From Longimicrobiales bacterium (lineage in GTDB: Bacteria > Gemmatimonadota > Gemmatimonadetes > Longimicrobiales > Gaopeijiaceae), in NCBI GenBank assembly GCA_041690395.1, contig JAWLHJ010000005.1, positions 512,001-576,000 of the forward strand: a DNA stretch of 64,000 nucleotides. Reading direction: 5' to 3'. This document shows, one piece after another, positions 9,378 through 18,997 of the stretch. The first letter of the stretch is position 1; each line of letters starts with the position of its first letter. Under the pieces are notes generated by a model that did no database searches, had not been told where the DNA came from, and worked only from the letters and a program-made list of their open reading frames with translations. A program made the position numbers and the translations under genes.

Positions 9378-11804
9378 CTACTCGTGCCGGAGCGCGATGG
9401 CCGGGTCGGCCCGCGTTGCGCGCCGGGCCGGCACCAGGGTCGCCAGGACTCCGGTGGCCCCGAGGATCAGGACGATCGTCATGAACACGACCGGATCGTT
9501 GGGGCTCACCTCGAAGAGGGCTGTCTGTAGGGCCCGTGAAATGAGGACGGCCAGCCCGAGGCCGAGCGCGAGCCCGATGGCGAGCTGCTCTCCGCCCTGC
9601 CTCATGATCAGCGACAGGACCTGCTTGCGGGAGGCGCCGAGGGCCATCCGGATGCCGACTTCCGACGTCCTGCGGGCGACGCTGAAGGACATCACCCCGT
9701 AGAGGCCCACGGCGGCCAGGAACAGCGCCACGCCGCCGAACACCACGAAGAGGGTGCCGAACACGTTGTAGAACCACGTGCCTTCGCCGATGCGCTCGGT
9801 GAGGGTCTCCGAGTAGTAGATGGGGGTGTCGGCGTGCACGGACGTCACCGCCTGGCGCACGGACTCGGTCAGCGTCATCGGGTCCTCCGGGCCGCGCGCC
9901 AGCACGCTCATGAATTGGGCGTCGCTCTGCGCGATGGGCCGGTAGTACCCTGCCGGGTCGCCTTCGCGGTTGCCGACGCCTTCCATGAACAGGTCGGGCG
10001 CGACACCGACGATGGTAAGCCATCCCTCCGCGTCCTGTCCGCGATCGGCCCGGAAGCGGCGCCCGATCGGGCTCTCGCCGGGGAAGTACGTACGCGCGAA
10101 GCTCTGATTCACGATCGCCACCCGGTCGGACGACGCGTCGTCCAGTGGGGTGAAGTCGCGGCCTTCAACCAGCGACACGCCGGCGACGTCGAAGTAGCCG
10201 GGCGTGATCTCCCCGGACCGGGCGAACGGGTAGTCCCGCGTCTCCGTGTAGGTGACGCCTTCGATGGCGATGGGTGTCTGTCCGCCACCCCACCCGCCGG
10301 GCAGGATCGTTCCGAGCGCCGCCTGACGCACGCCGGGGATCTCCCGGACGCGGTCCTCGAGCTGGTCGTAGAAGGCGCGACGGTCCGTGACCTCGGGAAA
10401 GTCGGCCTCGAAGAGCCCGAGGCGGGTGGTGAACATCCGGTCGGTCTCGAACCCGTAGTCGTAGTCGCGAAGCGTCGCGATGCTCTTGGTCATCAGTCCG
10501 GCGGCCACAAGGAGTCCGACCGACATGGCGATCTCGCCCACGACCAGGATCTTGGACAGGCGCCCGATGCGGAGGCTCGAGGAGCCCCGGGACTCGTCCT
10601 TCAGGATCTCGCCCACGTCCATTCCGGATGCCTTCCAGGCCGGGATCCCTCCGGCGATCACCGCCGACAGCGTGGCCGCCCCGACGATGAAGAGGAGGAT
10701 GGGCGCGTCGACCGCGAAGTGCATGAAGAAGGGTGGGTTCGTGGGGGCCACGGCGCGGTCGAAGATGCCCACCCCGATCCAGGCGATCACGGCTCCGATC
10801 GCGGCGGCGACCATGGCGAGCGCGAGCGCCTCGACCACCAGCTGGGTGACGACGCGCCACCGGCTCGCGCCCAACGCCGTGCGCACCCCGACCTCCCGGG
10901 TGCGCTGCGCGGCCCGGGCCAGGAGCAGGTTCGCCACGTTGGCGCACGCGATGAGCAGCACGAGCGAGACGGCGGCGAGCATGGTGTAGAGCAGCGCGAC
11001 CGCCTCGGTCCCGATGGACTGCTCCGTGTAGGGGCGGATCACGGGAATCACGCCCTCGTTCGTCTCGGGGTACTCCTCGGCGAGTCGCGCGGCGATTCCG
11101 GTGAGCTCCAGCATCGCGGCGTCCACGTCACGACCCTCGGCCAGCGGCCCGAAGACGCTGAGCCAGGTGCCCTCGTTGCGGGGGATCTCGAGCGCGTTCA
11201 TCCGGAGCGGGACCCAGACGTCCTGTCGGTTCGGGAAGCCGAACGACTCGGGCATCACGCCGACGATCTCGGCCGCCTCGCCGTTGACCGTCACCGTCTG
11301 GCCGAGGGCTCCCGGGTCACCGCCGAACCGCTCCATCCAGAGCCGGTGCGAGAGGATGACCGTCCCGGGGGCGCCGGGCTCGTCCTCCGCCTCGGTGAAC
11401 GTGCGCCCGACGAGGGCGCTGGCGCCGAGCGCCTGGAAGGTGTTCGCGGTAACGAACGATCCGTCGTAGCGGGCGGGCTCGTCGCTCCAGCGGATGTTCA
11501 CCGTCCCGCCGTAGAGGGCGGCCAGGTGGGTGAAGGAGCTCTGCTGCTCCCGCCAGTCCAGATAGTCGTGGATGGACACGCCCATGTTCTCGGCGCCGAT
11601 GGACGGGTTCGCGCGCTGGACCGCCACGATGCGGTCGCCGTTCTCGAACGGGAGGCCCCGCAGGAGTGCCCCGTAGACGATGCTGAACATCACGGCCGTG
11701 AGCCCGATCCCGAGACCCAGAGCCATCACCGCGAGTCCCGATACCGCCGGATGCTTGAACAGCATCCGGAGCGCGTACCGGACGTCCATCGCCAATCCAC
11801 CCAT
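9378..11804 (-). CDS. ADOP-type duplicated MacB/FtsX ABC permease
   Basis: DVRYALR..., LGLGIG, LLIACANVANLLLARA..R.RE.GVR.ALGA, and a second FtsX repeat GLYGVMSFSV.RRTSEVGIRMALGA. Confidence 0.9.
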   Translation of the reverse strand: MGGLAMDVRYALRMLFKHPAVSGLAVMALGLGIGLTAVMFSIVYGALLRGLPFENGDRIVAVQRANPSIGAENMGVSIHDYLDWREQQSSFTHLAALYGGTVNIRWSDEPARYDGSFVTANTFQALGASALVGRTFTEAEDEPGAPGTVILSHRLWMERFGGDPGALGQTVTVNGEAAEIVGVMPESFGFPNRQDVWVPLRMNALEIPRNEGTWLSVFGPLAEGRDVDAAMLELTGIAARLAEEYPETNEGVIPVIRPYTEQSIGTEAVALLYTMLAAVSLVLLIACANVANLLLARAAQRTREVGVRTALGASRWRVVTQLVVEALALAMVAAAIGAVIAWIGVGIFDRAVAPTNPPFFMHFAVDAPILLFIVGAATLSAVIAGGIPAWKASGMDVGEILKDESRGSSSLRIGRLSKILVVGEIAMSVGLLVAAGLMTKSIATLRDYDYGFETDRMFTTRLGLFEADFPEVTDRRAFYDQLEDRVREIPGVRQAALGTILPGGWGGGQTPIAIEGVTYTETRDYPFARSGEITPGYFDVAGVSLVEGRDFTPLDDASSDRVAIVNQSFARTYFPGESPIGRRFRADRGQDAEGWLTIVGVAPDLFMEGVGNREGDPAGYYRPIAQSDAQFMSVLARGPEDPMTLTESVRQAVTSVHADTPIYYSETLTERIGEGTWFYNVFGTLFVVFGGVALFLAAVGLYGVMSFSVARRTSEVGIRMALGASRKQVLSLIMRQGGEQLAIGLALGLGLAVLISRALQTALFEVSPNDPVVFMTIVLILGATGVLATLVPARRATRADPAIALRHE

Positions 11805-11924
11805 GTCGCCTCCCCCCTCGAGCGGCCGGCGCCCGTGCGCCGCCTCGTCCATTCACGACCGACGGAGGGCCCTACGGAGTGGTGGGCGGGGTGGTTTCGG
11901 GGACCCGGCGCCGGGCGGGCCGGC

Positions 11925-12281
11925 TCAGCCCTTCAGCTCGTCCTTCAGCGCGCTACCCAGGAAGAGCGTCACGAGCGACACGACGAGGCTGCCCAGGAGC
12001 GCCGCTCCGAAGCCCGATACGCTCATCGCGTCGGTCAGCCGTGCCGTGAGCATGAGCACGAGCGCGTTCACGACGAACGCGAACAACCCCAGCGTCACGA
12101 TCAGGAACGGCAACGAGAAGAAGAGCAGGATCGGCTTCAGCAGCGCGTTCAGGAGGCCGAAGATCAGCGCCACCAGGAGCACGTCGAAGAAGCCGCCCGA
12201 GAGCGAGATGCCGTCGAGGAGCCAGGCGGCCGCCGAGAGGGCGAGCGCGTTGACGATCAGCCGGATGAGGAAGTTTCGCAT
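11925..12281 (-). CDS. 4-TM membrane protein (YvlD / phage holin-like family)
   Basis: ALIFGLLNALLKPIL...P..IVTLGLFAFVVNA signature; four hydrophobic segments. Confidence 0.85.
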   Translation of the reverse strand: MRNFLIRLIVNALALSAAAWLLDGISLSGGFFDVLLVALIFGLLNALLKPILLFFSLPFLIVTLGLFAFVVNALVLMLTARLTDAMSVSGFGAALLGSLVVSLVTLFLGSALKDELKG

Positions 12282-12294
12282 GGGTGGAATCCTA

Positions 12295-14808
12295 CTACTC
12301 GTACCTGAGCGCGTCCATCGGATCGACCCGGGAGGCGCGCTGGGCCGGGATGAACGCCGCGCCGAGCGCGATCGCCGACAGGAGCACCGCGACGCCGACG
12401 AGCACGACCGGGTCGAACCCGCCGACTCCGAACAACAGGGACTGGGCAGCCCGCCCGAGCGCCACCGCAAGGGCGATTCCGACCACACCGCCCACCAGGA
12501 GCATGCGGGTCATCTGCGCGACGATCATCTTCCGGACCCGGGCCCGGCCGGCCCCTAGGGCCATGCGGAGCCCGATCTCGCGTGTCCGCTGCGCGACGGT
12601 GTACGCCAGCACGCCGTAGAGGCCGACGGCGGCCAGCGTCGTGGCCAGCGCCGCGAAGGCCGCGGACAGCGTCGAGATGATCCGGTCGAGGAAGACGTTG
12701 TCTCGTACCTGCGCCTCGAGCGTCTTCAGCTCCTCCACCGGAAGGTTCCCGTCGACGCGGGCAACGACCCCGGGGATCTGGGACAGCAGCGTGCTGGGCT
12801 CCACCGCCGTCCGCGCATAGAAGGTCATGAACCCCATGCTCTCGGCCTGCCGGTAGGGCGTGTAGAAGACCGGCGGCGTCTCGTCCTTCACGTCGGCGTA
12901 CTTCGCATCCTGAATGACCCCGACGATCTGAACGTCGAGCTCCGTCTCACCGCTGCCACCCGTCGCCATGTATTTCCCGACCGCCTGGGCACCATCGAGA
13001 TTGAACTTTCGTGTGAACGCCTCGTTCACCACCGCGACCAGCGGGGCCCCGTCCGCGTCGGCCACGTCGAACTCGCGTCCCGCGACGAGCGCGATGCCCA
13101 GCGTGCTGAAATACCCCGGCCCGACCCGGTTCAAGCGCGCGTTCGAATCGATGTCGGGGCCGGACTCGAAGCCTTCGACGGACACGTCGGTCCCCCAGCT
13201 GCTTCCCGCCATGATCGCGACCATGCCCGCTGAGACGCCGGTCACGCCGGGCAGTGCGGCGAGTTCCTCCTCGATACCGCGCAGGATCTGCATGTTACGC
13301 GCGTCGTCGTATCCGTTGAGCGTCGGCGCGACCTGGAAGGTCACCACCTCGCCGGCATCGGCGACCCCCAGGTCGATCCGACTCACGTTGGAGAGGCTGC
13401 GGACGAAAAGCCCCGCGGGGACGAGGAGCGCCGTCGACAGGGCGATCTGCGCTGTGACCAGCGTGCGCCGGAAGCGGGCGGCTCCGCGCGCGCCTGAAGG
13501 CTGGCCGGAGCCCGCCTTCAGGATGCTCTGCAGGTCGGGCCGCGAGTTGGTGATCGCGGGATACAGGCCGAACAGGACGCCCGTCCCGATCGAGAGCACG
13601 GCCGCGAACAACAGGACGCGCGGGTCGAGCGCCAGGCTCAGGTTGCTGGACGCCTCGGGCGGCAGGATCGAGGCAATGAAGCGGAGCGTCCAGCGCGCCA
13701 CGACCAGGCTCGCCAGGCCGCCCAGCGCGGCCAACAGCACCGACTCGGTGAGGAGCTGCCGCATGAGCTGGCCGCGGCCGGCTCCTAGTGAGCCGCGGAT
13801 GGCCATCTCCTGGCTGCGTCCGGCGCCCCGTGCGAGCAGCAAGTTCGCGATGTTCGCGCAGGCGATGAGGAGCACGACCCCGGTGACCGCGAAGAGGATC
13901 GCGAGAGGGGTGCGCACCTCGGCGTGGATCGAGCTTTGGCCGCGGTAGCCGGGCTCCAGTCCCAGGCGCTTCTGCCGGAAGCGCTCCAGCGTCTCGGCGC
14001 TCATTCCCTCCTGGAGGGGCGCCTCTACTTCGTTCACGATCGACGCGTACACCGTGTTGATCTCGGAATCTGCGCGCTCGATCGTCACGCCCGGAGCCAT
14101 CCGGCCGAAGACGTACGCCCAGTAGCTGCGCCGGTTGTCGAAGCCGGCGTCGTCGAAGTAGCTCTCGAGCACGCCCCTCATGCTCAGCGGGACGTACACG
14201 TCGGGGTCGCCGCCGAGCGTGGTGCCGCCGAAACCGCTCGGCGCGACCCCGACGACGGTCAGCGACTGACCGTTCACCGTGATGGACTGGTTCAAAACGG
14301 CTGGGTCGCCGCCCAGCCGATTCTGCCAGTAGTCGTGGCTGAGCACGGTCACGAAATGCCCGCCGATCACCTCATCGTCTCCCGGCCCGAGCAGCCTCCC
14401 GAGCGCCGGCTGGACGCCGAGGACGGGGAAGTAGGAGCCGGACACCAGCAAGCCCTCGCCGCTCTGGGTTTCACCCGTACGCGCCAGATTGACCGGGAAG
14501 AGCCTGTGGGCCGCGAGCCCCGAGAACGCCCCCCGTGCTTCTTCGAGGTCGCGGAACATCGGATAGCTGAAGACGGCGTCGCAGTCGCCCGCCTGGTTGC
14601 ACGACTGCGAGCCCGGTTTGGGCCCCGGCGCGCTCAGGTTCACCAGCCGGTCCGGCTCCTGCACGGGGAGCGCGCGGAGCAGCATCTCGTCGAACATCGA
14701 GAAGATGGCGGCGTTCGCCCCGATCCCGAGGGCCAGGGAGAGCACGGCCACGGCCGTGACGAACGGGGACTTGGCGAGGGCTCGGACGGCGAGCTTCAGA
14801 CCGGACAT
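12295..14808 (-). CDS. ADOP-type duplicated MacB/FtsX ABC permease
   Basis: LALGIGANAAIFS, LLIACANIANLLLAR and GLYGVLAYTVAQRTREIGLRMALGA motifs; ends ALRYE. Confidence 0.9.
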   Translation of the reverse strand: MSGLKLAVRALAKSPFVTAVAVLSLALGIGANAAIFSMFDEMLLRALPVQEPDRLVNLSAPGPKPGSQSCNQAGDCDAVFSYPMFRDLEEARGAFSGLAAHRLFPVNLARTGETQSGEGLLVSGSYFPVLGVQPALGRLLGPGDDEVIGGHFVTVLSHDYWQNRLGGDPAVLNQSITVNGQSLTVVGVAPSGFGGTTLGGDPDVYVPLSMRGVLESYFDDAGFDNRRSYWAYVFGRMAPGVTIERADSEINTVYASIVNEVEAPLQEGMSAETLERFRQKRLGLEPGYRGQSSIHAEVRTPLAILFAVTGVVLLIACANIANLLLARGAGRSQEMAIRGSLGAGRGQLMRQLLTESVLLAALGGLASLVVARWTLRFIASILPPEASSNLSLALDPRVLLFAAVLSIGTGVLFGLYPAITNSRPDLQSILKAGSGQPSGARGAARFRRTLVTAQIALSTALLVPAGLFVRSLSNVSRIDLGVADAGEVVTFQVAPTLNGYDDARNMQILRGIEEELAALPGVTGVSAGMVAIMAGSSWGTDVSVEGFESGPDIDSNARLNRVGPGYFSTLGIALVAGREFDVADADGAPLVAVVNEAFTRKFNLDGAQAVGKYMATGGSGETELDVQIVGVIQDAKYADVKDETPPVFYTPYRQAESMGFMTFYARTAVEPSTLLSQIPGVVARVDGNLPVEELKTLEAQVRDNVFLDRIISTLSAAFAALATTLAAVGLYGVLAYTVAQRTREIGLRMALGAGRARVRKMIVAQMTRMLLVGGVVGIALAVALGRAAQSLLFGVGGFDPVVLVGVAVLLSAIALGAAFIPAQRASRVDPMDALRYE

Positions 14809-14931
14809 GAGGTGGCTCCACTGATCGACGCGGCATGCGCCGTGACTCGAGGACGACGGCCGCGTCACCCACCGGACGGTCCCGTGGGTCGCGACACACC
14901 ACCTATGACGAGTGCCGGACCCGATCGGTTG

Positions 14932-14973
14932 CAGAAAGGGCCGGAGCGCCGGTCGCAACCAGCGCTCCGGCCC
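14932..14973 (-). terminator. Probable intrinsic terminator of the dap operon
   Basis: 12-bp stem GGGCCGGAGCGC / GCGCTCCGGCCC followed by TTTCTG on the minus strand, just downstream of dapD. Confidence 0.6.
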
Positions 14974-15009
14974 GATGCCGGTAGCGTCCTTCCGGCGGGA
15001 ATGCGCCTC

Positions 15010-15888
15010 CTACCGGAGCGCCTGCTCGAGCGCCGTCGCCGCGTCCGTCTTGTCGTCGCGGTACTTCACGATCATGGGCGCGTAGAGCGAGAGCCCCTGC
15101 GCCTTCCCCCAGGCGTTCGTAGCAGGACGGGCGCCCGGGACGACGACGGCGCCATCGGGAATGCTGAGCGGACCTTCCGGACCGGCGCGGTAAACCGTCT
15201 CCCGCACGAGATCGTACACGGCGGTCGACGCCGTCAGCTGCACGCCGGGTGCGATGACCGCGCGGCGTCCGACGAGCGTCCCCTCGAAGATGCCGGTGTT
15301 CCCGCCCACCATGGCGTCGTCCTCGATGACGACCGGACGGAGCCCCACCGGCTCGAGCACGCCGCCGAGCTGGGCGCCGGCGGAGAGATGCACGCGCTTA
15401 CCCACCTGCGCGCACGAGCCGACCAGCGCGTGGGAGTCGATCATGGCGCCCTCGTCCACGTAGGCGCCGATGTTCACGTACGCGGGCGGCATGATGACCA
15501 CGCCGGGCGCGAGATACGCGCCGGCCCGGACCGTCGAGCCGCCCGGTACGATGCGGACGTTCTCGGCCGGGCCGTCCGTGTCGCGGAGGGGAAGGGTGTC
15601 CCGGTCGAAGAAGCGGACGGTCGAGCCACCGAAGTCGGGATTCTCGGCGGCCGGGTGTGCGATGAACTCCTTCGTGGATCCGGAGCGGAAAGCGAGCAGG
15701 ATGCCCGACTTCACCCAGGGCACCGCCTGCCAGCCGTCCGGCCCGGGCTCGGCGGCCCGGACCTCGCCGCGTCCGAGGGCATCGAGGAGGTCGGCGACGG
15801 CGGCGCGGGCCTCGTCGCGGTCGGGCGTCGCGCCCGGGGCGGTGAGCGTCTCGATACGGCCACGCAGCGCGTCGGTGGCGGCGCTCAT
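15010..15888 (-). CDS. dapD: Tetrahydrodipicolinate N-succinyltransferase
   Basis: WVKSGILLAFR, RIVPGG..VRAGAY, VNIGAYVDEG, VGSCAQVGKRVHLSAG..GGVLEP; ATG overlaps the dapA stop. Confidence 0.92.
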   Translation of the reverse strand: MSAATDALRGRIETLTAPGATPDRDEARAAVADLLDALGRGEVRAAEPGPDGWQAVPWVKSGILLAFRSGSTKEFIAHPAAENPDFGGSTVRFFDRDTLPLRDTDGPAENVRIVPGGSTVRAGAYLAPGVVIMPPAYVNIGAYVDEGAMIDSHALVGSCAQVGKRVHLSAGAQLGGVLEPVGLRPVVIEDDAMVGGNTGIFEGTLVGRRAVIAPGVQLTASTAVYDLVRETVYRAGPEGPLSIPDGAVVVPGARPATNAWGKAQGLSLYAPMIVKYRDDKTDAATALEQALR

Positions 15889-16793
15889 CGGGCGTCTCCG
15901 TCGAACCGGGAGATGCCGGCGGTGGCGAGGGCCTCCTCGAGCTGGGCACGCGCGCCCTTCGAGAGCGGCACGAGCGGGGCGCGGAAGCGGGCCGGGGGGC
16001 CGCCGAGTATCTCGACGGCGGTCTTCACGGGAATGGGGTTGGTTTCCACGAAGTTGCAGCGCATGAGATCCAGGAGTCGGTAGTGCAGGGAGCGGGCCGC
16101 GGCGAAGTCGCCGTCCAGCGCCGCATGAACCAGGGCCGTAGTCTCGGCCGGCGCCTCGTTCGCGCACACCGAGATCAGGCCGTCCGCCCCGAGGGCGATC
16201 ATGGGAAGCGTGAGCTCGTCGTCTCCGGAGAGGACGAGAAAATCGTCCGGCCGCTCGTGGAGTAGCGTTCCGATCTGATCGAGGTCGCCGCACGCCTCCT
16301 TGATGGCGACCACGTTCGGGAGGGCCGCCAGCCGGATGGCCGTCGCGGGAAGGACGTTCGACGCCGTCCGGCCCGGCACGTTGTACAGCACCACCGGAAG
16401 GTCCGCCGCGGCGGCCACGGCCTCGAAGTGGCGGAAGAGCCCCTCCTGCGGCGGCTTGTTGTAGTAGGGCGCGACGGACAGGATCCCGTCCGCTCCGGCC
16501 TTCGCGGCCGCCTTGGCCCGCGCGACCGCCTCGGCGGTGGCGTTCGCGCCCGCTCCCGCGAGCACCTTCACCCGGCCGTTCGCCACGGACACGGCGGCCC
16601 GGATGACCTCCGCCTGCTCGTCGGCCGTCATGGTGGCACTCTCGCCCGTGGTGCCGCACGGCACCAGGTAGTCGACACCGCCGGCGATCATTCGCTCGGC
16701 GTGCTGCGCGTAGGCGTCGAGGTCGAGGCTCCCGTCGGCCTCGAAGGGGGTGACCAGGGCCACGCCCACGCCACCGAATCGCTCACTCCTCAT
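15885..16793 (-). CDS. dapA: 4-hydroxy-tetrahydrodipicolinate synthase
   Basis: ALVTPF, GTTGES, PYYNKP, LYNVPGRT, AIKEA and ETNPIPVK motifs. Confidence 0.95.
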   Translation of the reverse strand: MRSERFGGVGVALVTPFEADGSLDLDAYAQHAERMIAGGVDYLVPCGTTGESATMTADEQAEVIRAAVSVANGRVKVLAGAGANATAEAVARAKAAAKAGADGILSVAPYYNKPPQEGLFRHFEAVAAAADLPVVLYNVPGRTASNVLPATAIRLAALPNVVAIKEACGDLDQIGTLLHERPDDFLVLSGDDELTLPMIALGADGLISVCANEAPAETTALVHAALDGDFAAARSLHYRLLDLMRCNFVETNPIPVKTAVEILGGPPARFRAPLVPLSKGARAQLEEALATAGISRFDGDAR

Positions 16794-16809
16794 CTTGCTG
16801 CTCCCGTGT

Positions 16810-17580
16810 TCAGTCGTGTTGATCCGTCGCGCCCGTCCGCTCGTCGTCCAGAATCCGGTCCATGACGTCCGCGAACGTGAACACGCCGGCCTTCCCATGG
16901 ATCCACTCGGCGGCCCGGACCGCGCCCGAGGCGAAGCCGTCCCGCCCGTGCGCGTTGTGCGTCAGCTCGATCCCGTCGTGGGGGCCCTCGAAGCCGATGG
17001 TGTGCGTGCCCGGGATCTCCCCGGCGCGCGTGCTCGTCACGTAGAGCGTGCCCTCGTCGGCAGGCCCGTCGGGCGCACCCGCGGCCCAACGCGCCTTGTC
17101 GCCCAGCTCCTCCACGAGGAGGTCCGCCAGCCGCCACGCGGTTCCGCTCGGGTGATCACGCTTGTGCCGGTGGTGCGCCTCGTGGATGTGCGCGTCGTAG
17201 CCGCCGACCCGGTCCATGAGCCTCGCGGCATCCCGGGACATACGGAAGAAGAGGTGCACTCCGATGGAGAAGTTGGGGCCGTGCACGATACCGATGCCTT
17301 CGGCCGCGCGCATGGCCTCGTGGGTCTCGTCGCCGAGCCCTGTCGTCCCGGTGGCGAGGTCGGTGCCGGCGAGGGCCGCCGCTCGCACGATCTTGGGCAC
17401 CAGTGACCCCACCGTGAAGTCGATGGCCGCGTCGGCCGCCTCGAGCCGCCGGGCGAGCTCTTCCGGGCCGCCTTCCAGCGCGTCCCGGCCCAGCCGCGCC
17501 ACGATCTCGTGGCCGCGCGCCTCTGCTTGCGTCTCCACGGCCCGGCCCATCCGGCCGTATCCCACCAGGGCGATCTTCAT
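16810..17580 (-). CDS. dapB: 4-hydroxy-tetrahydrodipicolinate reductase
   Basis: GYGRMG, IDFT, GTTG, NFSIG and EAHHRHKRDHPSGTA motifs. Confidence 0.93.
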   Translation of the reverse strand: MKIALVGYGRMGRAVETQAEARGHEIVARLGRDALEGGPEELARRLEAADAAIDFTVGSLVPKIVRAAALAGTDLATGTTGLGDETHEAMRAAEGIGIVHGPNFSIGVHLFFRMSRDAARLMDRVGGYDAHIHEAHHRHKRDHPSGTAWRLADLLVEELGDKARWAAGAPDGPADEGTLYVTSTRAGEIPGTHTIGFEGPHDGIELTHNAHGRDGFASGAVRAAEWIHGKAGVFTFADVMDRILDDERTGATDQHD

Positions 17581-17602
17581 GGCTTCGTCCTCGTCGTATG
17601 CG

Positions 17603-18997
17603 TCATGCGTTCGTTTCCGAGCGGGTCCTCTCCGGGGCGATCAGCGCGTCGTGCAGCTTCCGGGTCAGCCCGTCGGCGTCCCCGGCATCGACGACCAGAC
17701 TCAAGCTCACGTCCGAGGCCTGGGACACCAGGTGGACCCGCGTGGTGCCCACCGCGGCGAACACCTGGCCGTCGACGCCCGGCTCGGCCATCAGTCCGCG
17801 GCCGACCACGGTGATGGTCGCGAGCTCACGCCGGACATCCACGTCGGCGAACGTGCCGAGCTCCGCCTCGACCTCGGACAGGTGCGCCCGGTCGTCGATG
17901 GTGAACGCGGTCGACGAGTGGCTGGTGGCGACGAGGTCTACCTCTAGCCTGTGCCGCCCGAGCACGCCGAAGACGCGCGCCAGGAATCCGTACGGGAGCG
18001 CCACCGGGTGCGACCGAACCTTGATGAGCGCCACGCCCCGCTTGGCCGTGATCGCGGCGATCTCCGAGGCGCCACGCGCGTCGTGCAGCACGCGCGTCCC
18101 CGGATGCTCCGGGTGGAAGGTATCACGGATGCGCAGGGGCGCACCCTCGGCGACGGCCCACTTCGCGGCCACCGGATGGATGACGCGCGCGCCCGCCCAG
18201 GCGAGCTCGACCAGCTCCTCGAAGCCGATCTCGGGCAGGAGCCGCGGGGCGTCGACCTGCCGAGGATCCCCGGAGAGAACGCCCTGGACATCGGTCCAGA
18301 TGTGCACGGTCCCGGCGTCGAGCGCCCCGCCCAGAATCGCGGCGGAGAAGTCCGAGCCGCCCCGGCCCAGCGTGGTCGTGTGACCGTCCGGGGTCGCGCC
18401 GACGAAGCCCTGGAGGACGGCCACGGTGCCCTCGCGGAGCACCGGTAGCAGGCGGGTGGCGCAGGCCTCGCGGGTGGCGGCGCGGTCCGGCACGGCCCGC
18501 CCGAAGCGCGCATCCGTGACGACGACGCTCCGGCTGTCGATCGCCGCGGCCGCGAGGTCGCGGGCCTCGAGCGCCGCCAGGAGGAGGCGTTGCGACAGGT
18601 CCTCCCCGGTCGACAGGATCGCGTCGGCGCGCATGCGTCCGGTGAGCCCGGTCTGGCCGGTCGCGTCTGCGACGAGCCGCTCGACGCGGGCCTCGATGTC
18701 GCGCCGCGCCCGCTCGTGCGCGGCGCCGGCGGCCCGGCCGCTCGGGCGAAGCGCGTCCAGTGCGGCCAGATGCCGCTCCGACAGCGTGCCCGCCACCTCG
18801 TCGACCGCCGCTCGGGTCGAGGTCTCGGCCAGAGCGAGCCCCTGCAGCAGGTCGGTCACCCCGGCCATCGCCGAGACCACCACCGCCAGCGGGCGGGGGC
18901 CCTCGACCACGAGGTCCGCCACGTGAGCGATCCGTGCGCCGTCGCCCAGCGACGTCCCTCCGAACTTGTAGACGACGGGCGCCGGCCCGCTGGTCAC
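17603..18997 (-). CDS. lysC: Monofunctional aspartate kinase with ACT domains
   Basis: VYKFGGTS, VVVSAMAGVTD, TTTLGRGGSDFSA and IWTDVQG motifs. Confidence 0.9.
   Translation of the reverse strand: MTSGPAPVVYKFGGTSLGDGARIAHVADLVVEGPRPLAVVVSAMAGVTDLLQGLALAETSTRAAVDEVAGTLSERHLAALDALRPSGRAAGAAHERARRDIEARVERLVADATGQTGLTGRMRADAILSTGEDLSQRLLLAALEARDLAAAAIDSRSVVVTDARFGRAVPDRAATREACATRLLPVLREGTVAVLQGFVGATPDGHTTTLGRGGSDFSAAILGGALDAGTVHIWTDVQGVLSGDPRQVDAPRLLPEIGFEELVELAWAGARVIHPVAAKWAVAEGAPLRIRDTFHPEHPGTRVLHDARGASEIAAITAKRGVALIKVRSHPVALPYGFLARVFGVLGRHRLEVDLVATSHSSTAFTIDDRAHLSEVEAELGTFADVDVRRELATITVVGRGLMAEPGVDGQVFAAVGTTRVHLVSQASDVSLSLVVDAGDADGLTRKLHDALIAPERTRSETNA

Noticed and set aside
11925..12281. 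Prophage inferred from the holin-family gene
   Set aside because: YvlD-like genes are common chromosomal genes; no endolysin, structural or integrase genes are nearby.
15010..16659. Apparent extended or fused ORFs (549-aa DapD, 694-aa Ndh at 28786, 886-aa ORF at 54669)
   Set aside because: The N-terminal extensions are off-frame overlaps with upstream genes; the true starts overlap the upstream stop codons.
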